This document shows, one piece after another, positions 13,281 to 27,100 of a DNA stretch of 64,000 bases. A program made the position numbers and the translations under genes. The DNA is taken from positions 3,100,001-3,164,000 of the forward strand of contig JAMWBK010000005.1 in the NCBI GenBank assembly GCA_029953675.1, read 5' to 3'. The stretch's first letter is position 1. The number at the start of each line of letters is the position of its first letter. The DNA comes from Rhodosorus marinus CCMP1338 (taxonomy: Eukaryota; Plantae; Rhodophyta). Under the pieces are notes generated by a model, which made no database searches, had not been told where the DNA came from, and saw only the letters and a list, made by a program, of their open reading frames with translations.

Positions 13281-16076
13281 TTACAAGGTTATGTTAACTG
13301 TGTTTCCGTCAGCATCGTGCAGAGCGAAGGATTTCGTCCTCCACGCAAGCGCCCATAGGATGTTCTGCGCCTCCTCGTATTTCGTGTTTTTACGGCGCTC
13401 CAGTAGCTTCTGATGAGTGGCGGCTAGAGCGCCATTTATAACGGCTTGCGACAATAGATCTGGTGGGTCTAAGCCTTCTCCTTCATCCTCTGGGTCTACG
13501 AGACCTAGCAGAAGTTCTGTCCAATGCGCGGCTGCGTCATTCGCCACCGGGTTTTCGCCTATTTCATCCGTTATGAGTGTCTCCATGAGCTTGACAAGAA
13601 CTTCGCTCGCGCTTGGAGACTTGCCTGCCGTGCGAGCAGAGGCGTAATTGATCGCAGCTAGTCGCCCGGGTGTCACAATACTCAGGAGTACTTCCTCCCT
13701 GTGTGAGCGGATCATTTCAGGTAGATCTACCCCGGCTTGACCTAGGCAAACGCCCTCTGGCTCGTAGCAACCTTTCCCGACCCGCTGAACCAGAACACCA
13801 AGATGAGGCTGCAAAAGTGAAAAACCGAGAATCCCATCCTTGGGATCCAAAGCTGTTCTAATCGCAGTAAATGCTCTATTTGTCAGGGCCGAATCCACAA
13901 CCAAGTTCGGTTTCTTGTCCGACGTTCCTGCGCGCTGTCGCGTCATCTCAAACCCACCAAGGTAGCGGGTAAGAAGAACCAATTGCTGCGTTGCCATCCC
14001 TAATACTGTGTCCATTTCCTCTGCAAAATCAAACCACGGGATATTGCTCTTCTTCGCAGACTCCTTCAGCTTGGGCACTATTGATCGGTACAGCTCGAGC
14101 AATTCAAGATTGTAGTCCATCGGTGAGCTGCTGAAGTCGAACATACCTACGTTCGGGTCCAAGTACGTGCTCGACAGATCCTCATCGGTAGCGAAATGAA
14201 AGCCGTCATTCACAGCTTTTGCTCCAATGGCAGAAAGCATCTCCAGGTTGCTGTCCTTGATATAACTGGAGTCCGACGGGAGGGAAAGAGAGAGCGGAAG
14301 AGATGGATCGCTTAGCGTTGCTTGACCAGTGCCGGTAGTTGCATTAGCTTGTTCATCCTACCCATATTCGATCGCTCTATAGTCGTAGTCGCCGAGAGTC
14401 TGCGAGAAAAACTGTACCTGGTCCGAGCCCTTCAGTCGAAAGATCGGCTCCAAGTAGTCCATGACACTGGAAGTAAGCCCCTTTTCCTTCACAAACTCGG
14501 CCTTGCCCAGTGAATCGAGGTCATAGTTAGCGGATCCTCGAAGGTTGTTGCGAAGGCCGAGTGTATGTCCAACCTCATGCATTGCGAAGTACTTGAGGGC
14601 TTGCAACACTATTTCGTCGACTGAACCTGATTTTCGGGTGAGTTCTGCAAGTAGACGCCTAGAGTTCGTCAGCTTCATAGGCCTCTCGGGTTTCTGCACT
14701 TTTCTCGAGGCTGAATTGGTTAGGCTAGCTTGCTTTCCATTGGCAAGCCTCTTCTTGCCCAGCATTTGCTGTACCAGTCCGTGGGTTAACACAATGTTCG
14801 AGAACAGAATCTCCCCGGACCGGGGATCAACGACGCTTGGACCGAGGGAAAAGTCCTCCTCCAGACTAGGTGACCACGATATCGAGTTGAACAATGGATC
14901 CCCTACCTGGAAGTTTTCCGGGTAATCGCTATCACCAGGGAGGACCGCTCTTATAACGCGCTTCTTGCTCCACCCGGATCTCGTCCCTATTGCAGAAAAG
15001 GCCAAATTCCACTCCTCAACGCCTTCCTTTATAACCGAACGCCACATCCCTGGTACAGTAGAGTCCACGACGTAGACAATCTGTCCACCGTTCCGTTGCA
15101 GATTTCTTCGCTGAATGAAATCGACTTGAGAGTGCAGCGCTCGATCGGCATCGAGGAAGATGTGCGATGATGCAAAGTAACCCAGGCGTTCATCGGATAT
15201 TCGAGCCTGCATCGGGTCATCGGGAAGGGTGAGAATCGTGAACTCTGCTCCCGCCGCGGCTCTCCCAACCGTACTTCCAACGTCATCGACAATATTGTAT
15301 TCGATTTCCATTTCGATCCGTACGCTCTTCTCGAACGCCGCGATTGCAGACACCCTCGCCGAATCGGGGGCCATCGTACCATCCTCGGGGAGTACGAGCA
15401 TTCCTGCTGAGACCAACGGGCTTACGTTCGCGATGTAAGAGGACTCCGAGTCGCTCATACCTGGTGTATACAGAAAGCTCGAGATCCACCCCGTATAGGT
15501 TCCTTGCTTGTAAGCAGTGCTCAAAGGGGAATCCTCGTTCTCAATAGAGATGAAGTACTGTGGTGGATACATGTCGATGGCTGTTTGGTCATCGGACAAA
15601 CGAAAGGCAAAGACCGAATCGGCGGTATCTGACACTGGCGTATTCAATATGAAGAACTCCGCATCCCCTCGATTCCAGACCGCGCTGATGATGAATGGCT
15701 TGTCCAGTTGCGACTCGGGGATCTCGAATAGGATCACATTTGAAAGGGGTCCACTTCCTCGGTACACTGTGAACAGGCCTTCCTCCTTTTGGAAACTTGA
15801 ATCGGGAACAACAGGGAAACCATCGAGATACAGGTTCACCGTTTCATCACTCTCAATGTTGACAGCGGAAGTCAGGATTGTCTGAACAGACTTCGATCTC
15901 CGGACCGTTCTAATCAGGAGGAAGATGCACAGCACACCAACAAACGTGGCAACAAAAATCATCAATCCAACCTTTCTCGACGACGACCCTGAACGCTGAC
16001 GCAGATCTCGAGGGCGAGAGAAGTAGTCCTCCGAGCCTGAGTCTGGTTCGCTCAGAGCCACTCGCTCGTCGCTCAT
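13281..16076 (-). CDS. EcxA-like (DUF5117/DUF4953) metzincin metalloprotease homolog with an N-terminal TM anchor, about 899 aa
   Basis: Exons 14362-16076 and 13281-14265. RLGYF, GVEEWNLAF, GPSVVDPRSGEIL, HEVGHTLGLRNN, Met-turn SVMDY and GDYDYRAIEYGY across the splice junction. Confidence 0.88.
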
Positions 16077-18149
16077 CCTTGCTCATTAACATACACACAA
16101 CACAACCACCACCGCAACACCGTCATGAGCCAAGTCCTACACTCCCATAACAGCACAACCAAACAGAGAACCTCTCATCTCCGCTAATCCTCACAAACTC
16201 CTAGTTGCCCGCTCCAGCGCGACCGGAAAGCCAACGACCAGGTATCCTTCACGTTCTCATGGACTTTTTAATTCCAAGTCCAGCCTGCCCAAGACAATGA
16301 CATCTACCGCGAACACTGCATCCGCTTCACAACCTGCTAAAGGATGCGAAGTAGAAGTGGACGATAACATCGTCCGTTATTGACGAAGCGAAAAAGCAAA
16401 AGAAGGGACTGAGTGTTGCTTTGCCACAGTGTCTCTCTGCTCGAAGGGGATTTATCTTACAATCAAACTTTTCATCCGGACGCGACCTAGAACAACAAGG
16501 TCGATGGGTTTGGCTGCTCTTGGGGGATGGTCTACTAGTTGTGTCGCGCGCCATGCGTTGTTGAAAAGGTAGATTTAGTCTTGAGCCATGGACTGAAAAA
16601 GGAAAGCCCTCTCCTTCCGGCTCACAAACCCACAAACCAAAGCATGCGTTCGTGGTATACTGCGGAGGTAGGTGGTGCTGTTTTCAGGTTTTTTGTTTTT
16701 TTTTGCATCGCACGGCTTCTATGGAGTGTTGCAGTCTTTCGAAACGGGATCCATCGAACCGCCTGCGATTCCATCTCGGATTTTTATGTAGTCTTTGAAC
16801 GCTGGGCATGCGCTTGCACAGTCATAGATCCCGGGGAATGCCTCGGGATGCTGGGCTTGAGACGTATTTTTTCGGTTGTAGTGACCATGAAAGCTCTACA
16901 TGAGAGCTCCCTAGTGGGTTGCGTCATCGCGTTCTCCACATAGCAACGAGATTTGTTCCTAAACCCACACTCGCTAATCTGCCGGTCATTCAAGCGGCAG
17001 CTAGGTTTTCCACGATCCGAAGCTTTCATTTCGGGCAAATGGCAAAGTAGCAAAAGAAGTCGTTGGGGGAGGACTGAACAAAGTCGACATCAACGGGGAA
17101 GTCCAAAACAGTGTTGTGACAATCAAACGAGGTCCGGGTTTGAACCAAAAAGTCTTGATCCTTGAAGTCTGATCAGAGCTCGGACGATGAGGAACCCGCC
17201 AAGGCCTCCAGCAAGCTCTTCAACGAACGATCAAACTACCCATCTACCAGGAGTTCATTTGATACTAAGTGCTTCGACAGTCAATCAAACATCCCAATTA
17301 ACCTGTGATAGATGCCATTGCAAAGATTGGAGTGCTACTCTTCAAGGTCAGACTCACTATCAAATTAAAGCATAAAAATTCCTTAAAACGACCATGAAGT
17401 TTTTATAAAATACTTGTTTTGGACGAGAATATGGAGATATGTTTCTAAAATATGATCTTATTCAGATATTGCCCCAACTAGGTTTTTCGAAAAACATGAG
17501 TATCTCATTTTTTCCTAGTTTGGCTAATTGAGGTTGTTGTGTTTTCAGTGTCATGGAGTTTGTAATTCTCTTTCCACTTGTTTCACGAGGCGGATTAGGT
17601 GTTCCTCCGAGGTTATGCAAAGGGCGGATGCACTGTGGCTGTGCTTGCCATGGAACTCCTTGAGTGCTTTGAAGTTTGGCTTGCTGACCAGATGAACTGC
17701 GACTACATAGAATTGTACTCGGGGATCATGAGTTTGGATATCAGACTATCGAAGACCGACATGGAACACACAGACCCGTTGACGCAAAGGTTCGCGCTGA
17801 ACATAGCGCAGAATGTTTTCCTTTTCGGAGCTGCAGGATGCTAAAACCTGGAGACCCCCGGCACTCAGTGGACACTTCTTCTACATCCTCTGCTTATTGA
17901 AACAATGAGAGATAACGGACGAAAAGAATTGTTGCCTAAGATTCAAATTGTTTAATCAGTGAAGAGTCTCAGATGTGAACTATTAGTTTTCTCTTTCCTA
18001 CCACGCAGGTAAACAGGTAAACAGTGTCGGTAAATAGTTGGCCGAGTTTTAGCTCGGGAGTGTCAAGTTTTTGTTGGCTAGATGCCGGTTGGCGTTGATT
18101 TGCCCGGAACCAGCTCTATCGAGCGTTCGCTTCGGCTTGAATCGCGTGC

Positions 18150-18524
18150 CTAGTCAAACATTGGCTCCATGTCGAATTCTACAGAATCAGGATTTTGTAA
18201 TTGCTTTCTCCGCTTTCTCAGTGAATTTCTTCTTTTCCTCCTATCCCAGAGTCTCCTCTGCTGTGAAGCCTCGTTAATCCAACTATGAACTTCCTCCTCC
18301 GTAGTACTACCGCTGCCAGACTTTGTGCCATTCGATTTCGAGCCGTCCAAGCGAGACGACCAGTAGCAGTCCCTTGTGCAGTACACCTGCATGCGCGAGT
18401 CATAAATCAAGGTCTCCGACCACATACACGCATGCCGACACCTGCCACACTTCAAAACCTCGACGCCATCGTGAGCAGCCCTAAAATACGCCCTTGATAA
18501 GGGCTTCGCATGAACCGTTGTCAT
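18150..18524 (-). CDS. Hypothetical 124-aa protein with a CxxC...YCxxxC putative zinc finger and basic tail
   Basis: Intact ATG ORF (CGRC...YCTRDC, RRKRRNSLRKRRK). The upstream C-rich tract has the same polarity as other minus-strand genes here. Confidence 0.5.
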   Translation of the reverse strand: MTTVHAKPLSRAYFRAAHDGVEVLKCGRCRHACMWSETLIYDSRMQVYCTRDCYWSSRLDGSKSNGTKSGSGSTTEEEVHSWINEASQQRRLWDRRKRRNSLRKRRKQLQNPDSVEFDMEPMFD

Positions 18525-21500
18525 ATTAATAGTCGCTTTTCCTCTCCCCCCATCAACCCTGCTCTGCTACGAACTCCCACAATCCCACTCTAGCAAGCTT
18601 CCCTCTAGCAAGCTCCCCTCAAGCAACAACGAAATGTCGTATATACAAATGTCAATCCCACGGAAGCTATCTCACATCAACCCACTCTCCCTGCAATGCC
18701 CGGGCTCACCCTTCAACACAAGTCCATCTCTTCTTCCAAACCCAAGAAAAAAAAAGCCTCCACTCCGACAGCCTGCCCGTTCGACATCAACAGGTCTCCC
18801 ACCCCTCTACCAAAACATCCTCTAATCCGATTACCACCAGAACCTGTTCACAGAAAGGGGGTTTTTGATGTATGCGTCCCGTACCCCCCCGGTGTACCGC
18901 ACCCCCCCCCTCCCCTCCCCCCACCTATCATCCAAAACGGAGATCATTCATAAAATAATCAACATTTCTATTCTTCACGGATTCCAACCCTGTCCTTCAC
19001 CGAACTGATTATTTTTCAATTTTTAGCTTCTTCTTCTTGCAGGCAACCTGCAACTAGGAAAAAAAAACCACGCTTGTAAGCATTTTTATTCTTTTTTTCA
19101 GCAATCTGCAAAATCGTACGTGGACGGGTACCCCCCCAATTGATTGCGATGTAACCGCCGTGGGACCTTTGTCCAGGGGGGTCTTCCTTTCGAACCCTTG
19201 ACAAGCCAATACCATGCCTCTTCGCATCAGATTTCCTTCCATTCAATAAAAATACCTTCTACCAATAAAAAGAACTAGTGTGAGTTTTTCTATATCATTA
19301 TTGGACAGATATGTATCCAGAAAAATCCAATTGCTGAATGGTGCTCCGAGTTTCACATGAATCTCAACTGTTTCGGTTACTCGCGGCGAACGGGATTTGA
19401 TATAGAATCATATCATCTATTATTTAATTAAAGATTTTTAAACCTTCCACTGCAGATTCGGTATCTCAAGAAAATAAGCCAATAGTTATACAAGATCTGC
19501 AAGGTCTTTGACGCGTGGCATTTTTGGATTGAATGAATATTTGAGCGGATACGAGATGGTATAATTAATTTTGGAAAACGATTGTTGGGTGGGCAGGATA
19601 GGGTGCTGGGTATTGGATCTTTTGTCGAAAAGCAGTTTTGCCAAGCTCCGCAAAGACCGCTTTTCGTGGAAAGATCATTGTTTTGGAGGGAGTTCAGCGC
19701 CCAATTCCGATCGGCCGGATCAGCGGGAACGGATGTGGATGGATGTACATGCCGTCAGGACCTTTCCCAAAGGACTTGAATGGCCGATTCCAGCCTTCAC
19801 GTTGGCTGGTTGTTATCTGTTCTACAGGCCACCATCCCCGCGCAGGCTGATCGACCGACATACAACTGGAACCGGCCTATGTTTATTGACAACCCCATAG
19901 GGAGCATTAGATGAAAATCGGCGGACCACCAGTAGCAATTTATTCTGGCCCTGCGAAGAAGCTCCAGACCAGCGCGAGCTTACCTTTCCCCATTCTAGTT
20001 CTTAGAGGACTCGTGCGACTAGCTGCTTCGGTTGTATCAACAAAAGTGCTGACCAGGATTTTTCTCGGGATGAGCTGGCTGTGAGTTGGGCGCGGATTTT
20101 CGCCTTGAAAATTATTTTCTTTTGTGCGTGCCCCAGCCCTTTAGCTACGACGAAAACTAGTGTACGTTCTGCGGGGCTCCCGGCGTGGTCGGCGTAAAGG
20201 CCCGACAGGATCTGGGCTATTGCTTCGAGTACGTTATACAACTGCGTTGCTGCAACTGGGTTGATTATTCTACCCTCTGCTCTTCGATAATATGGGTTGT
20301 AACAACGCAGTTGGTGCATCCTGGACAATCACCATGTATTGCCTAAAGTCGGCACCGTGGAAACTGTTCAGGATACATGCGTTTACGATCAGTGGAAAAA
20401 TTACCAAGATGAGCCTTGATGCTGGACGTGCGGTAGATGAGCAAGGTTAGACAGATAGTATCCGGGAGCAAGAGCAGAACCTCTCACAATTAGCTTCTCA
20501 ACTGAAGGCAGTACATTCAGAGACAAAAGGTGTGAATGTGCCACTGCCAGGTTGCAAGAATGGGGAGAAATCGTGGAGCTCTCTCGGATCGAAAGCATAT
20601 CTTTTGATGGTCTGTTCATATGGTTGTTCCGAGTTTACCAAGGAATCCTCGGGGGCATTGCGAACCAGTTAAAGACCTGATCAAGCGAGAGCCGTCCAAG
20701 AGTTGGGCTTGGTTGGTCAGCGTGGCGCTCGGAAGGAACTCTGCGAGTCATTCAGCCCCAGTACAAGTTGAAGCTATTCGAAAGACGCCCCGAAAGACAA
20801 TTCGGAACTGCTCCAAACCAATACAATACACAGAAGGTATCCGTCTCGTATGCACAAAACACCGCGCACGGTCCTTTGCCATGAGCAACGTCCGCAAAAG
20901 GTTCTTCACATGGTCTTCTGTTCGAGCCCAGCATAGAAAATACTGTGAAAACAGTTTGCCGTGCTTGCACAGGTGTGGACCTGAGCGGTGGTGCTCCATT
21001 GGTCGTAACATCCGCGTACTTGGAATCTCACAGCCCCGAGGGTAAATTCGCAAACCAGCGTCGACCCTCGCGGCAAAAATAGACCCCCTACATAGGCCAG
21101 TCATCGCGGAGAGTCTGATCGCGAGTGTGCTTGCTGAAATCCCAATTCAATATCGACTTAGGACCGGTTTGTGTCACATGCTCCGCAAGTATTGGTGAAG
21201 ACTCGTGTGGCTCCACATTTCCATAATCACGTAGCAGGGGGACGCATGAGTAGACTCTATTTTTTGCCACGAGAGTCGCCGCTGCTTCATCATCACTGTC
21301 TGGGCTTCACTATCAGGAAGAAGAAGTGTTTTTATTGAAATTCGTAGTAGCTATGTTTTCCCATCCCCACTCGTTTCGATTGAAATTCCTGAACGCCAGA
21401 ACCACATACGAAATCTTTCAACATGAAGTGCTAACCCCGTCCAATATGGGACCACGTCAGGTAACGTGGTGCGAGTGGTTTTGTTCCGCTCAACGGCGGA

Positions 21501-22282
21501 AAGCGATCTATTGCCTCTTCGCATGTAGGGTGCTACTTTCTCCTTCCTCGCTCATGTTATATTCCTTCGCTACACTCTTCGTGTTCATACTGGAGCACGC
21601 TCCACTGGCATATACTGGGATGGGACATAGCCGTCTCCAGCGGTGCTGAATTTATGAACGTACTCTTTTGAACAGGGTAGGAAACAACAGCTCTTCTTGC
21701 AAACGCTGTTGTTGAAGTCCAGGGCTGGTGAACACACGCTCGACTTACGCAGACTAATTTGTACAAGGGTTATCAATACAAGCGAAGAAGGGAGTAGCTC
21801 CTGACCAAGACTGGTACGCTTGGTCCCTGCTGACCAAGTACTGCGGACAAACAACGAACGTAGGAGGACGAAAAGGGACGAGCTAGATCTTTTCTGGTAT
21901 TCTTAAATGTCGAGGGGTTTGATTCGAGTCAAAAGGACAATTGAAGAATTAAGCATCAAACAAGAAATTCAGAGTCTTGACCTCGACCAGTGGCTGGTCG
22001 TTATTTCTAAGGCACTCATAGAGTTGGATATCAACGGTCAATCTGGGAACCCGTTACGAAATTTCCGGCTGATATATATATGGACAGGTGTCCGTTCAAG
22101 ATATTATTGTTGACCCCTGGAATGGATCTTGGACTTTAGAGAAAAATCTGTTGGTTCAAAAAAAAGGAGGGGGGGTTTTAAGAGCAGTTTTTTCTTTGGG
22201 TGGCCCCAATTCATAAATTTCCAATACTAATTGGAAAGAGCGGTCCACGGAACTTAACTCTTCAACATAGATCGCACCCGTT

Positions 22283-22384
22283 GAGGAACGAAGCTTTTCG
22301 CAGCGAGAAGCGAGGACATCCGAGGGTAGGATCGAGGAACGAAGCTTTTCGCACCGAGAAGCCATCATATCCGAGGGTAGGATC
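22283..22384 (+). repeat. 51-bp tandem duplication (2 copies)
   Basis: gaggaacgaagcttttcgca...ccgagggtaggatc occurs twice with a few substitutions. Confidence 0.85.
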
Positions 22385-24084
22385 GATGTACTGGTCGACT
22401 TAAAATCCTTTGTAAGTAATCCCAGAACAGTTCCCTCATCGCATGCAGATACTCTCACAATGAGACAAAGAACTGATTAGATGAAGAAACCAGGTGCCAT
22501 TTTTAGCCAATCAAACTATTCCACACTTAGGTTGTGACTGTTATTTGTTATGTAGAACTGTGTTTATTTTAAATATTTCACCATATTGACTCACATGATA
22601 CAATAGGGACTAAATATTAGCAAAACACGACTGTTTGACAGGATTGTAAGTTGTGTTGGGAAGGGATGGTTATCCCAAATTACTAGATTGTGGAAGAAAT
22701 ATGGAAGACTTAGAAAAAGCAACCAGGCGTCGTTTCTAAGCAAAAATGGGTAAGATTTCTATTCAAAATCTATATGTAGTCTACGCAGGATGTTTCGAGG
22801 CCGTCCTGGACGCCGAACGTGCACCGCTGAAGGGGACCCTCACGGGGCGCTCACGTTGCTCCCTTGGAAACGTTGCCTTGAGGGGTACTTTGGTGCTTTA
22901 GCTACTTGGGTGAGTAAAATATCACCGTTTTTCTGATCAACTGAGCCTTGAAATTTTAGAAGAAAATTATTTTGGTGCTGAAGATAGATAAGGATGGGTT
23001 CACCATTTCCCCATTTCACCTTTTCAAAATTTGTCTCGTCGGACGCGCTGTGTTCTTGATCATCTATCCTCACTTTTTCCAGCAGTATTCATATCATCAA
23101 ATAAAATTGAAAAATTATTCTCATTCGGATTTTTGCTGATCTGTTGTCGAGTGATTCTTCTCATGGGCTTTTGGCTGTGTTTAGTCCCGAGCGGAGACAC
23201 AACCAATATATAGAATTCGTCCATTATTTTTTGTACTGGAGCCAATTCAAGACCTCCAACTTTGACTGGCCTAGAACCCCCCTTTCCCCCCCCCAGGGTG
23301 CGAGTAGTTGAAACGGTGGGTGATGTATGATGGTCCAGTTATTTCGTTTGAAAACCCAGCTAGCTCATGGTTTTAGTCCATTTCTCACTTTGATGGGAAG
23401 ATTTGCCAGGGGTAAGAGATTCCCTTTTGGGATACGAAAAATTCAACGGACTTTAGGGGTGAAACTTTCCTGGAAAGCAGTCGTCAATCGGAAAAGCTGT
23501 ACTCTTTTTTCAAGAATATGTATCAGTAACTCGACGTGTATTTTATGCCTATGAGGGGTGCGTGGGCTTGGTGTCACTGGACCACACCGTTGAAAGGTCA
23601 CCCTTAGATAACACTCCAAAAACAATCTCTAAACAATAACTGGAGACCCCGTGCCAGCAAGAAAAACCGTTCCTTTTGGTGAGAGCGTAGATGATGTTCT
23701 TTTGTTTATTATATATTCTATGATTTGGAAGGTTTTCGTGTAAGTCGAGCAGACAGACTTTTGTCGGACGTTTTTATTTGTTTGGCATTTGGCAAGCTGA
23801 AAACTCCGTAATTGCTTCCGCAATTCGCGAAGAAAAATCATCGCAACTCACTAACTGGCGCAGGGCTCCAATCAAGCCCGCAAACGAGTATATTTGGCCA
23901 TAGGTTGTTAACCCATACAGCATATAGCAGCTCCTGCGGCATCATAAGAAGGGCATTGCATCAGAAGGGCGTTGCAAGATGAAGGTTGGATTACCTGCAT
24001 ATATGGAGGTGTAGGAGTGAGGGAAGGAAAGACTGAGGGGGTGTTTGGGTGGTGCTGGACGAGCACGCCGGGTGGAAGCTAAGG

Positions 24085-24360
24085 ATGGGAGTGCACTTCC
24101 AGACAAGGGCTCTTTGGGTCAGCGGGTTGGTTTTCGTGGTGCTTGGATGGACTTGTTATACGGCGAGTTTGCATTACAGGTGGATGTTCCTGCCGCCACT
24201 TGCGTTTGCCTTCCTTATTCTTGGGGTACCCCTGCTCTCCGTGGGTCTGAGTGGAATGAACCAGGAAGCTTTGTTTGAGGATGCCGTGGAGCAGCTGCGG
24301 GCGGAGTTTGTTGAGCAGCGGCGGAGCCCTTCAGTCGCGAGAAAACAGTTGAGCGTTTAA
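24085..24360 (+). CDS. Hypothetical 91-aa protein with two TM helices and a coiled-coil-like tail
   Basis: ATG ORF MGVHFQTRALWVSGLVFVVLGW...LFEDAVEQLRAEF with a G-rich upstream tract and downstream AATAAA. Confidence 0.5.
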   Translation: MGVHFQTRALWVSGLVFVVLGWTCYTASLHYRWMFLPPLAFAFLILGVPLLSVGLSGMNQEALFEDAVEQLRAEFVEQRRSPSVARKQLSV

Positions 24361-24799
24361 TTCCAAGTCCGCGACGAACAGCAGAGGTGCTGCGGCTGTA
24401 ACACTAGAGTGTCGTTTAATTATGTTTATGTATAGGTTCGCTCTCAATGATGCGCTAAATGTAATAAAAAGGTATTATTGTTTCTGAGAAGTGATGTTGC
24501 GCATGAGAAATGGGCCGAAGAGCATGTTTCAGGTCCTCATACTGTTTCGCTACGGAACCAGGGGCTACCGGGAACCATCAACCGTTCGTCGGTTGCTGCC
24601 TCCCTCACATCGTTAGACTGAGAGCCACGCTGCGCCGTGCAAATGCACACGAATCTGGTGAAGGTTGGGGTTCTATTATGGATCGGCAGGGTGACTGAGG
24701 GGGAGATAGGATGTTTGGCTATACAGCTAAGGCCTTCGTCAACAGAACCACAATGGCGCATCTGTGCTCGATCGGTCGCACAAACTCTCCTACTTGGAA

Positions 24800-27100
24800 T
24801 CGTGCCGTCGCCAATGACATGCTACCCAATCCATATGAATATTTGTTCACTCAAAATGATGTGGTACGCATTCTTGGAATTCCTTGGCCGATAACATGCG
24901 CGTGGCATTCCACGGCTAACTGCACAGCTCGAACGGGTAAAAACCAAGATAATTTTCACGAGAGGCACATGGATGGTGGAAGTGGCTCTATTTTGATTTT
25001 GGGGTAATGCTGGGAGAAGCATTGAGCTCCACTTGACGCACCAGAAAGCAGACGGGTTTTGAAAGATTTAGAACATCTGGTCCTTCGAATGGACCTCGGC
25101 TAAAACGAACCCAGCCGCTGGGCGGAGATAGTTCAGTCGGGAAGGTCTTACCACGAGAGCTTAATCGCAACGCCCCTATGAAGTTGGTAGCTTCTCGCGG
25201 TTGGAATCGTATGCATCATCGTGACCGCTTCCGATCAATGGCAGGAGCTGGATTTACGGTCTGCCCATGATCTCCACTCGATCGGACAAAGAAAGCTCAG
25301 TGGCAACGCGAGACCATCGGTGGGTGTAGCAAACTGGGTGGACCCCTTATTCTGGTCTTGCAGAATTGGCTGACACCAAGGTGCGCCAATTGCTGATAGT
25401 CTGTCTGTATCCTCGCGGGTTAAAACATTTCTATCAATGGTCGTACCATGGCTGGAGTTCTGCATATTTAGCACGGGAAACCAGTTTTGCGATTTGAACG
25501 GCCTCGGCACGTGACTCCGCAAATGGAGGTTGACGGGCACAAGTCTACTGCGGCAATTGCAATCCTCAGGCCGATCACGTCATCATGGATTCGCGAGCAC
25601 GAGTAGTAACTTGCCCTCGACGGCGGTTTCGTCGTTGCCAAAACAAGCACTTCCGCAGGCGTTATCATGCGGAGACCACTCTCCTCATGGATATACAGCA
25701 GTCCATGGTAAATGCTGGAAACATTTTACACCAGTGTGAAACTGATGGGAAGAGAACGAGACATACCCCAAATTCTTCCGAATTGCAGTGATCGGGAGGG
25801 TTATTTCAGGGACATCTGCTCGAAGGAGAGGACCAACTCCCTAAACAGTTTGTATTTATCTAGCAAAGATCCGGTCGACCTTGAGTGCTTTTCCCGCGCA
25901 ATATACCCCGCACCACAAACAAACAAAGGTTCTGTCCTGACCTATTCTGATGCGACTCGAATCTTGACGTCCTTCCACAATAGCCATCGCTCGGTTTCAA
26001 TATTGACGCGAACGATGTAGTCACCAGGGAAGGGATAAGTTATGGTTATGGAGCTCTTACGTCGCGAAGTGCTTATGACGTCTGGGGTTAACAACCGCGA
26101 GAAACATCTCTTCGAAGCGCCCCGGGCGAGACTGCAGCTTGGAATAATGGTTCAATACAACAAACCCTCTCTCGAGAAGCACACCATTGCGCATTCCAAA
26201 AGCTGGTCACCAACCCACGAATCTCCCCTGAAAACCGAGCTCGAATACGGTCTGCCGCGGGATCCGGGTCGGGAGTCTGGCTACGTGAAATACCAACGCT
26301 GACACCGAAAAAATTGAGTGCGGTTGAGATGCAGGTAAACGTTCGACAACTGCTGGGTCTGCCAATTCCGGGATTGCGGACCACCGAGAAGTGCACTAGT
26401 TGCCGGAGTAAACACGGAAGGACTGGGGTACAACGGTTTCATCACTGCCCAACATCAACTGGACTGTGGCAACGTAGGCATGACGAAATCTGCAGAGAGC
26501 TGGCACGGTGGCTAAGGCGATGGAACTTCATGGACGTAGAGCAAGAACCTGAGGGGTACTTCGAGAACTACGGACTGCGACCTGATATCGTTGCTAGGCA
26601 TCCGAGGACCAAACAAAGGTATGCGCTGGATGTGACGGTGGTGTCACCATTACAGGGAAAATATTTGCGGCGGAGCCAAGATGATAGCGGATACGCGGCG
26701 AGAGCTGCGGAGAAGTGGAAAATCGCTCACTACAAAGAAGCGATGGTGATCGAGAAACCGGATGATAAGTTCATCCCGATAGCAATAGAGACGTTTGGGC
26801 GTACGGGGCAAATGGCACAGGAGTTCCTCCGGGACAGCTGCAAGCACTTACTGCACAGGAGTGAGGAGCTGAGAGACGTGAGATCCCAGATCAACCGGCA
26901 ACTATGGCGAGGTAACGCAGAGATAGCATTAGGCGCTTTGCGCGTGGACCAGCTGGAGAATCCGCTGGTACCTGTTTTTTCTTTTGAACGTAGCATGAGA
27001 CCCCGGTAGCGGGGTTCCAGTAAGTTTTTCCCTAGATAGGATTAGACGTAGTGTTGCGCTGCAGTAGGCAGCTGCCCAGTAAAGCTTACGGTTACGTTAG
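24800..27100 (+). mobile_element. CRE-like non-LTR retrotransposon, family D, decayed; zinc knuckle and REL part still open (about 26245-27009)
   Basis: ARIRSAAGSGSGVWLREIP...VRQLLGLP...CTSC...HHCPT...QRRHD...LRPDI...LDVTVVSP...KIAHY...FIPIAIETFG. Upstream there are only faint RT-thumb relics (VRILGIP), so the 5' boundary is uncertain. Confidence 0.75.

Noticed and set aside
16300-17900. Short ORFs, including 17599-17844
   Set aside because: No recognisable motifs and no consistent gene structure.
19570-23850. Several 60-140 aa ORFs, one faintly F-box-like
   Set aside because: Stops occur in all candidate frames and the similarity is too weak to support.
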